Of a stretch of DNA of 64,000 nucleotides, positions 48,901-59,997 are shown piece after piece. The DNA is from Leptogorgia sarmentosa (lineage: Eukaryota). The translations under genes were made by a program, and so were the position numbers. The stretch spans positions 23,436,001-23,500,000 of the forward strand of contig OZ210885.1 of the NCBI GenBank assembly GCA_964658305.1, read 5' to 3'. Each line of letters opens with the position of its first letter. Within the stretch, counting starts at the first letter, position 1. Under the pieces are notes generated by a model that ran no database searches, had not been told where the DNA came from, and was given only the letters and a program-made list of their open reading frames with translations.

Positions 48901-51900
48901 GTGGTGGTCGAGGAAGATCTTCCATGCAGATTTTTTGGAGTGGTTGTATATAAAAGAGGTAGTGTCACAGCCAGTCAAGGTATGGAAAGGCAGCAGGGCT
49001 TCGGTAGATGCTTCAGGAAGATTCTCGTAGATAGACTTAATGTTGTAGTACTTTTGTTTAGCAGTGGTACCGGACATCATCCAAAGGTTTGTGCATGAAA
49101 TGTGTGGAGCATGTGTGATCAGAAGTAACAGAACATCGGTGTCTCTCGCCGATACAACAATGGTGTCGAGACTACTCTTGGCGCAGTGGAGGATCAAATG
49201 TGTATCTGCTTCCTTGTGTGTTGCATTAAAAACACTTACATCGAGTAACTGTCCCGATCGATCTGAGGACTGTACTTCCCTTTCATCTAGAAATCCTCCA
49301 CCAGCCACAATAGTTTTCTCTGGGGGCGCATTGGCAACGATGTGCTCGGAAAGAAACCTAGACAGATCCGACTTGTTGTCTGGTAATGCAAGGAAGTTTT
49401 GCCAATTGTGAGGGAGTGGGACACTACCGTTTTCAATAACCCGTCGGATGGGACGTGTCGTTTTTGTTCGCCTTTGTCTTGTTCCCGATTTTATTGAGTC
49501 TTCAACGTAGCGGTCAAATACGACGTGTATCTTCTGATAACGTGACCCAGCCTTTAATACTGCTCTTTGAAAAACATTTGCATAGTTTGGGTACCAGACG
49601 GTTTCCCGATTCCAGCAACTAATGCCATGCCATCAATTAGCAAACCCGTACAGGTACAGGCATCAACTCGTATTTTAATACACTCTGCAAATCAACACTG
49701 CGACCAGCTTCATAAGCTACTATTAAACGATGCAGAACATTCCTATCCGCTCGTAGTATGGTGGATTTCTCTTTTTCTTTTGCCGCCTTCACAATTTGAT
49801 ACAAATTATCAAAGGTTGGAGCGTTGTTCTTGTGAATGGTGTCGTAGAATTCCACTTTCTGGCTGGCTGCTTCCTGTGGCTGTTGGCTGTCAGGAACACT
49901 TTGTAGACGTTGCTCCACAAATTCGCTCATTTGTTGCTGACCAAGATCTCGCGCATTTAACAGCGAAACTTGAATCTCGTCCGTGACGAGGTCTTTTGTA
50001 GCGATGTTATAAAGGCAATCTGGATGAGCTGTCGGAGAAAAAACTTTGTACTCTTCAAAAATGGCGCAGAGAGAAGATTCGTCCATGTTATCGCGGTGTT
50101 TCCTTGCTGGAGTCGATTCGTTGTGTGAAAACTTGTCTTCATGGCGTAGTCCAAACATCTTGTGTGTTTCGTCAGCAATCTGTGAGCGTAGATTATAAGA
50201 CAGTGCCCATCTACTTAAAACAGGCGATGTTTTCGTTATGCCCACGATACCTCCTCCTCTTTTCCCAATGCCATTGAGCCATTCCAAACTGTGATCGGGA
50301 CTGACTTGATTGAATTTTCTTGCATTCCATTTGACAACGAAGTTACCGTTATTGAACTCATCTAACACTTCTGTTGGTAACTGATCCATTTCTGTGATGA
50401 ACACTGATCCCCATCTGGCATAATTGAAATGATTGTATCTGAAAAAGTATGGCATCATCAAGTGAAAACTGTGCATGTAAAGGTCCCAGCATCCATCCCT
50501 CTGAGCACGTGTAAACATTAACAGGATTGACACCATCTCCATATAGCTCCACCAAAATAGGAAATTAACGTTCTCTTCAGATTTCTTTTTCACAAATTCG
50601 TCGAGAGCGTCCTGTGCCAACGATGATTTAAGGGATGTTATCAGCTCAACAGCTGATTCTGTAGATGATGCAAAAGCTGATATCTCTTGATAAAGATTCT
50701 GGTAGGACGTCTGGTAAAACTTTAACAGTTGAGGTAGCAGCAACTTCCACAATGCCTGCAGAGTGATCTTGTGAGTACGCATAGCTCTTTTGTACGCCTT
50801 TCCATAAATAACATGCTCCGATGCATTTGGTCCAAGGAGACCACTCTCAACCCATGCTTCTACCAAACCTGACGAATTCATGTGGTCTCCAATCGCCTTG
50901 AGAAAACACATGGATATGTGAAGACCACCCATCTGTATCACCAGCTTATCTTGGTATTCAGGGATTGCCCATTTCAATTCTACTAGCTTACAATATAACG
51001 CTTGATCGACTGTGATAACTGTATGCTTTTGTCCAAGCGCAGCTGCAATATACATGCACCTTTTCACGACTGTGTTGAGAGTATCAAATTCATGCGCAGG
51101 GGCATGAAGGATTGGCATATATCCCACTGTTGTCACATCCTGTTCATTAGTAGGCAGTAACTGGTTAAATTCTGTCCACCCATTCTTCATTTCAGCTTTC
51201 TGTCGCAACAGGTTGAATGCGATGTCAGTTGCTCGAGCCGTACGTACAACTTCGTTATCATCTTCAATAGCATTCTTCTCAGCTGCTGCCTTTAAAAACA
51301 CTGGTAAACCTCTTTTTACTTCCACTGGATAAAGTGCATTCATTGACACTGGTACATTTAGACAGCGCTTAGTCGATGGCTTCAGGTTTTCAAGCAACGT
51401 GTCCGCTTCTGCTCCCCGCTGCCATGCAGCAATTTGAGTAGCATGAAACGTGTTTTTGCCATCCATCGTCTCATCCAGAATGTCGATATTATCGGCAGAA
51501 AAATGGACGAATTTTCCCTCAACCAAATTTGGTGGTATTACACTGCCAGAATTAGGATCTAAAGAATCTAAAACGCTCTCAGCTAAGCCAGTGTCAACCT
51601 GAAGGATTTGATCATAATTTAAAAAATATGACCAGCTTGACTGAAAAGTCTGACTAGATCCTTTGAACGCGTGACTTGATGAAGAGTGCTGCCCAGCCCA
51701 ACATGTTTGGGTGTCCATTTCTTTCCACAACTCACTCCATATACAATATCTTGACCAATGGAGAGCACCTTGTATCTAGTCTCAGCTTCCTTCTCCTCAG
51801 CATTTTCTCCATCCAGAAGTTTTTGGCCGCCAAACAGGAGTCGTAAAAACATGAACAAGCTGTCAGGTACGCAATCAATGGCATCCTGCTCACAAATTCC

Positions 51901-54900
51901 AAAACCTCGGTGCCCAGGCGCTTCCATCAGGTCTCCACGTATCTTCAACGCAACGTGAACCAAAGACAAGAAAATATCCTCGTGTGGTTCGTATGTAGGC
52001 ATTGTAAGCAATTCACCCGTTTCAGTAGCCAATTGTGACACAGCAAGATTAGCGTATTTAGTCGGGATAAGCAAGCTTTCACGTCCGGACGGGATACAAT
52101 CTATCACATTTCCAAGTCTCAACAGCAGCTTGTCTTTGAACGTTGATCGTCGGCTTAAAAATGAGCTAGGAATTTCGATTTGTGGTTTTTCTGCTAGCGT
52201 GGTGTATCTTTCCCATGCATCGCTTAACTTGATCACCTGTCCTTTTTCAGCAGCATATTCCAACTCTTCACACAACCAAACCAATACTTGATCAGTTTCC
52301 TTTACTTCGCGCTTTGCTTTTTCTGCATATCGGTTGAATGCACTTAGACAAGGTAGATGATATTTTGCTTCTGCTATAAGATCAGACACTCCACTCAAAC
52401 GCACTCTAACTTTGAAGTTGTATTGTGCATTTTGGATAACATTCTCGCTCATTTTGAAAGTCATTACAGATGACAATCGTTCCTTTGAGTGTTCATTTTG
52501 ACAAAATATGCACTGTTTCCAATTCACTTGTTGAACATGACTTCGTGTTTTACGAGGACTGGTTGATGTGATTGTTTCATTTCGTAGGGCTTCACGGCCA
52601 CTGGCAACATGCTTCTGTTCCAGTCGTTGGATCTTCTCCTTACTTGTGAACTGCGCATAACAATTTCTGTGCCACACAATCGAATCTTCCTGATTTGTTG
52701 CAAGTAGATTATTTAAACGATCACTTACCTCCCTGTTGGCGATATCCTTAAGCTTTTGTCGCTTGATCATAGCGTCGTGAACAACATTTCTACTGTATTC
52801 AGTAGACTCTTTTAGAACTTCGTTTGATTTATTGTGCTTTTGGCAAAATATACACAGCTTTAAATCAACTCCTAAAGTTCTCTTTAATGTAAAAGTTGGA
52901 TCCATTTTCAAATAATCTTGAAGCAGCGACGGCGAGAAACTGCGAGTAGAAGCATAGCGCTATCTATGTATACCTATATGCAAAACTGTCGCTATTTTTT
53001 ATTTGCAAGAAATGAACATTTATTAGAGCCTCATCATCACTACTAAAAATAGAAATTGCCGACCGGGCTAAGTATAATGGTATGTTGACATTTCAATTTT
53101 TCGCGCAATCTCGCAATGCATTGTGGGATCGCCAGGGGGCAAACAAACATTGTTGTATACTGCGAAATATATGAATATTCATATACTCAACGTTTTGGAG
53201 CGAAATTTTCTTTAAAATCTCATTAATATTTAAAATAGTCTGAGAATTTTGTTTACATAATGCCAAAAGGTGATCATTGTGCTGTATTTGGGTGTTCAAA
53301 CGATCGTAGATATCCCGAGAAGCAAGTTATCAAACCTCATGTCGGTGTTCTTCGCTTTTATACGCCATTAAACCCCAAGGATGCCAGTAAGTGGGAAAAA
53401 CTGATCAATCGTCGGGACTTTAAAGTTAAACTTTCGACAAAGGTGTGTTCGAACCATTTCAAAGCTGGTTATCGTTCCAAAGACTGCCCAAATCCAACAT
53501 TATATTTGAAAGGATACGATAGTCCAATAAAATGTAAGCGAAGGGCATGCCCAAGAGAAAGGGTTCCTTCATCTCCAAAGCCAGCGAAACGTCGAAAGGT
53601 TGATAAAAAGCAACAAACTCCTAATGAGCCTTGTATAAAGAACACAAACATAGATGAGGAAGCTGTATCTGAGATTGATACGGGTAATATAGAAGATGAC
53701 TTGCCAGATACATCAGTAAATCTGCCTGATGATGAGAATGACAAAATATGTGAGAAGAGAGAACGCAGGAGACTATTTATAGCTCAAGCAACATGTGAAA
53801 AAAAATTGCTTTAGGTACACTGGCATAACAAGACCAAAGCTTGATTTAGTTTTCGACCTCGTCAAAGAAAAAACTGAAAACTTGCGGTACTGGAGAGGCT
53901 CTGTCAAGACACCACCCTCTCGTAATAAAAAAAAGAAGGGAAAACCAAGGATTCTCACTCCTTGGGAAGAGTTTGTATTGACTCTTGTTAGGACAATAAA
54001 AAGGGTTCGACGTGCACTTTCTTGCAGATACTTTTGGTATTACTGCTGGCCATGTTTCCCGTGTTTATAACACCTGGATAACGTTGTTATCATCCGAGCT
54101 ATCTTTTTTGGTCCCATGGCCCACCAAACAACAGATTAGAAACACCCTACCGAAGCGTTTCAAGAAATTTCCAGATGTAAGGGTTATCGTGGACTGCTGC
54201 GAATTTTATATTCAGAAACCAACTATTCCAGAAAGTCAAAAATCAACATGGAGTAGCTACAAGAGCTACAATACTGTAAAATTACTTGTTGGAATTACAC
54301 CTACCGGAGTATTTTCTTTTATCCCACCTCTATGGACTGGTAGCATATCAGATAAAGAAATTGTCAAAAAATCAGGTTTGATAAACTACCTTGAAGAGGG
54401 TGATGCAGTAATGGCAGATAAAGGATTTTTGGTCAGGGATTTATTAGCATTCAAAAAGGTTAAACTTATTTCACCAGCATACTGTCATGGCCCACGCCTT
54501 TCATCTAAAGCAGTGACACATACACGTCGTGTTGCTGCCCTAAGGTCACATGTTGAATGTGCCATACTGCGACTGAAACATTTTAGAATTCTCTCAGGTG
54601 TAGTACCTGTTCTACTAAAAATGGTGTTGGACCGTATTGTTTTTTTATGTGCAGCATTGGCAAATTTAAATAAACGTTTGATCAAGTGAACAACTCAATA
54701 ACAACTCAGGAAAAAGTATTTATTAATAGCGTGTTTTATGCATGCATTGTAAATTAATCTCTGAAAGTAGCAATGTTCTTATAATATTCTTAGTATAAAA
54801 GGTCTTAACTGTGTTAACAGTTGAATTCCAGAAAGCTTCATCAAAATCAATATTAATAACATAAATACCCTTGCTGGTAAAGACAACAAAATCACATTTT

Positions 54901-57900
54901 TTCAAACCACACACTGCCATTCCAGTTTGAATTTGAAAGTAATGGATATGTGTCGTTTTAAGAAAATAATTACCATCCTTATCGATATTCCCACGAATAG
55001 TGTCCAAAAGAAAGGCTTCTTTAGGATCTATATCAGCTCCTTTGAAGGGACATTTGATTTCCAATAGAGTGTATGGACAACAGCTACATTTTCTGATACC
55101 ATCAGGGCTTGCACCAAGCCATCCATGCTCTCCACTAAGCACCAACCCAGGTTCCTCCATAGAAAGGTTGGCATGTTTTCTCATTATTTTTATGTAAGCC
55201 TCTCTCGCATCTTGTTCCTTATTTATGCCATACTGTATTGCAACTGGATATGTCTTCATATGTGTAGGTGGTGATACAAAGTTTTGAACAGTTTTAGTAA
55301 CATCTTCTTGTGGATTTCTTTCTGTAGTTTTTTGCCGTGTGTAAAGGTTTTTAATCTTTTTGCCAGTCACCAATAAATGTCGCATCTCATGCCAATTATC
55401 ATTTTTATGTTGTCCGATAGTGGCTCTGTTCACTAAATCTATATCTTTTTGGGTTACCTTTAGACTTTCAACAAAACGTTGGGACATTTCATCTATATTG
55501 GACTCATTAATTTCATTATCCCTAGCGAATTCTTTTGCCCTTGCTTTTATTGTCATATGGGATAAGTCCACTTCAGCATCAGACTCTGATGAACTAGAAG
55601 TTTGATTCTCCCTAACTGTATGTGTCTCAGAACCTGGCAAGTAGTCCAGTATTCCAGAGTGTTTGTCAATATCTCTCAGCCTTCTTGCAAACTCTTTTTG
55701 TTTATCATCAGGTTGATCTTTCCTTTCTTTAGGTGGTCTGGGGTCAAAAGAATCTATCCAAGATTCATCATAATTAGTCACAACCTTTTTAGTATTTTGC
55801 CCAGTAGAGGATGCCATTTTCATTTCCATAAATGGTAATGGTGTTGTGTCTGGCATTGGCTTTGGATTCCAGTATGGTGGCAGTGAAGTAACTGATGGTC
55901 GTTCTTTTGAAAGAAAGTCATCCAACTCAAACAAAGCTGCACCAAGATGTCTACAACCCTGGTCAGCTCCACCCTTGCACGTACAAAATGCAGAGTACAC
56001 TGACCCATTTGGTTTGAGGATAAACCATAAACTGTACATTAATTCTCCTTCTGGTGTCTTGTCTCTCTGTGTGGGTATTACCTTGGCAGTAATAACATGG
56101 TATTTGTCATCATTTTCATCAAAAACAATCTGATTCTGCATGGACCGAACATGACCATTTTGACACAAGGTGTACTCCTCAAAACTTCTCCATGATGCCA
56201 ACATGTCCTTGTCATATTCAGTTTCACTCATGATGAGGTGGTTAAAAACATCCATCAACCCGAAGTTTGGCAAGTTTGAGAAGTCATTCGACACATTTTT
56301 CATTTGCAATGGGTTTGGGACAATTCTACCACTGGGTAAAGTCAACCGATCCTTTAAAACTTCTTCAATGGAATCATTTTTGTAGTCAGGATCCACATCT
56401 GCATTCATCTCATGCAAGGAAGTTGCCAAGTGAATCAGTTGTTGTTTCTTGTAGGCTGAGACAGGCACACCCCGCTCTGTTACATAGGTTTTTAACTCTT
56501 TTAACTTCATTGTTCCAAAGTCTGGAGCTTTCTGCTTTCTGTCCACAGCCTGCTTTTTCCCTCCAGAACTACAGCATTTACGTTCCTTCTTAACTTCAGC
56601 CTGACATTTTCTTTTTCTTTTCTTTTGTTTTGGCAAGTTAACTTTACCAGAGGCAGGAAATGGGGTGTCATGGCATTTATCAATGAGGTTAATCGTGGAC
56701 GTTTCAGGAAGGTTGTGGGGTTTGGGTGCTTTGCAGCATTCTCCTTCTGGCTCCAAAACATTAAAATGACTGCAAGAAGGATGTGAATCGTGCAGTACCA
56801 AGGCGAAGGGACAAGCACAAGACCGATCGCAAACAATAGTAGCTTGAGTAGTAACACGAGGTTCGAATTTCATCCACTTCTGGCTCGTGATCGAGTAGGT
56901 GACTATAGTGCGCTGAAGTACAGTGGCACAACTAAAAATATCTATTGTTTCTGCCCACGTACCATCCTGGGAACTCTTGGTTAGATGCTCTTTTAGCGAT
57001 TTAGTGCTGAACAAATAAGCCTCAAAAACTTCTGGGTACTCCGCTATCATTTCATTACACATGGCTCTAAACACTGGCTAAGCTTTGTCAGTTTTGCCAT
57101 CAACAGCGAGTGCCATAGCTCGATAAAAACAATTTCCGTCCCCACGGACATTTACTTCACGTCTGCCAGCCGGAACACAAGACATATTTTAAATATTAAT
57201 GAGATTTTAAAGAAAATTTCGCTCCAAAACGTTGAGTATATGAATATTCATATATTTCGCAGTATACAACAATGTTTGTTTGCCCCCTGGCGATCCCACA
57301 ATGCATTGCGAGATTGCACGAAAAATTGAAATGTCAACATACCCATTGTATTTTGCAGGTATATATATATAGTATAAATTGAGCCACGTAGACTACCTAG
57401 AGGCTTCTCCACACTTGTCGTAGCATCCCTATACCACCCACCCAGTGGAAACAAGTCGGATATGTTAGAATACTTACAATCATCTTTGGAGTTACTCGAA
57501 ACCAGATATCCCTCGTTTGGCCTAATCTTGGCTGGAGATTTTAATAAACTGCTGATAGTGCACATCGCCCGTCAATTCCAACTCAAGCAAATTGTGAATT
57601 TTAACACAAGAGGAACAAGTAAATTAGACCTAATCTTGACCAATCTGTCCAATTTCTATGAAGAGCCTTTAAGTACCCCTCCACTTGGTTTATCGGACCA
57701 CCTCACCGTTATTGCTCTTTCTAAAGAAAAGATTCATAATAACCAATCTAAAGAAACCATTAATGTACGGGACAAAAGGCCTAGCAGCATCCGTCGTCTT
57801 GGACGTTTTTTATGTGAACTTCCATGGGATCTAATAGTCAATCCAAACCAGTCCTGCGACCAAAACGTGAAAAACCTCACAGACGTTATAAATTATGGCC

Positions 57901-59916
57901 TTGACACTCTCATGCCGCTGAAAGCTGTAAAGATCCACCAAAACGACCAACCCTGGATGAACAACAACCTGAAAGGCTTAATAAAAAAAAGGCAAAACGC
58001 TCTTGCACGGAACAATTATGCTTTATCCAAACAACTGAGGAATAAGGTAAATAGATGTAGGAAAAACTGCCGCAAATTATACTATGAAACTAAGGTGAAA
58101 GAACTCAAACTCGATAAACCCAAAGATTGGTGGAAGGAGGTGAAACGTCTCTGCGGTCATCAACATAAATCCACAAGTAATATGCTGTTCACAAATCTGC
58201 AACAGGAAACACAAGATCTTGTTTCATTGAGCAACTCGATAAATGACTGTTTCCTGGAACCTATGCGCGACTACCAGCGGTTACCTCACAGTACCTTTGT
58301 CATGACTGATAATAATAATACAATCTGTTTAACTGAAGAAGAAGTCTTTGCCTCTCTGAATGGCGTCAAGCTTGGAAAATCCAGTGGCCCAGACCGTTTG
58401 CCCAACTGGGTTTTAAAGAAGTTTGCTATAATCCTGGCAAAGCCTATTTCAATAATTATAAACGCTTCATTTAAGGAAAATCGTGTGCCTACCTGCTGGA
58501 AATTGGCTGATATCTGCCCAATTCCGAAAAGTAAGCAGGTAGTGGACATTAATAAAGACCTAAGACCTATATCCCTCACTTCAACACTTAGTAAGATCGC
58601 TGAAGATGGTATAATAAAATATGATCTAAAACCCGCAATAATGAACCGCCTAGACTGTAACCAATTTGGTTTTATACCAGGTTCTAATACCACTCTGGCT
58701 CTAATTACCCTAATCCATCGTTGGTCAATGACAGTAGACAGAGAGGGAGGATGTGTGCGGGCATTGTTTACAGATTATCGGAAGGCTTTTGATCTTATAG
58801 ATCACAACATTCTATATGCAAAACTTCAGGGAATAGGATTAAAAACATCAACCTTAAATTGGATCGCAGATTTTTTAAAGGGTAGATTACAAAGGGTCAA
58901 ACTCTCCTCAAACTGTTTCTCAAATTGGAAGCCTGTTAGAGCCGGTGTCCCCCAAGGAACGAAGCTTGGTCCATGGCTCTTTTTGCTCATGATAAACGAC
59001 CTTGTAATTCCTGATAACCATTTTGGTGGAGATATGATGAAATATGCAGATGATACTAACGTTTCGGAATACATCACTGATCAGTCGGAAAGCAGTTCTC
59101 TCCAAGAGGTAACTAATTCCATTGTCGATTGGCCGGAAAGAAACAAATTTCAGCTCAATCCATCTAAATGTAAAGAATTTGTTGTGTCTTTCAAACGGAA
59201 AGACCCCAATTTCCCTCCCATCAGTATTGACGAATCAGAAATTGAACGAGCTGACAAATTATCGATTCTTGGTCTTACAATCACAAATGACCTAAAATGG
59301 AACGATCACGTGGAAAAAATAGTTAAAAAAGCGTCCCCAGCGAATCTACCTGTTGAAACAGCTTAAAAAGTTTGGACTCGATGCTAGTGATCTCAAGTGC
59401 TTCTATGTCGCTTCAATAAGGTCAATATTAGAATACTCATGCCAGGTATTCCATTATGGCTTGCCACAATACCTATCTGACATTATCGAAAGGATTCAAA
59501 AGAGGGCATTGCACATCATTTATCCTCAGCTATCATACCAGGATGCTCAAGTGATGTTAGAATTAAAGACATTATCTGAAAGGAGAGATGATTTGTGTAA
59601 GAAACTTTTTAAATCAATCTTGGACGAGGAAAACCATAAACTTCATCACTTACTACCTCCCAAGATGACATCTAATAGATATAACTTTAGGAATGAAAAA
59701 CTTTTTAATATTCCAAAATATCGCACCAATAGATTTAGAGATACTTTTATAATATCAAGCTTATTAAATTTGTAATTTGTAAATAATAGACAATAGTCAA
59801 AGATTAATAATTATATAAAATTTTTAGCTTAGCAACCCTGTAACAATTCCTATTAATATTTTATGTACAAATCATGTAATTCAGCCTTTTGGCTGCTAGA
59901 TGATTTTAATAAACGG

Positions 59917-59997
<81 letters not shown>

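Larger units (their letters stand above)
53079..57344 (+). mobile_element. ISL2EU-type (PHIS group) transposon
   Basis: ~160-bp near-perfect TIRs GG(G)TATGTTGACATTTC..., AT on both flanks (53077-53078, 57345-57346), and two convergent genes. Confidence 0.9.
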
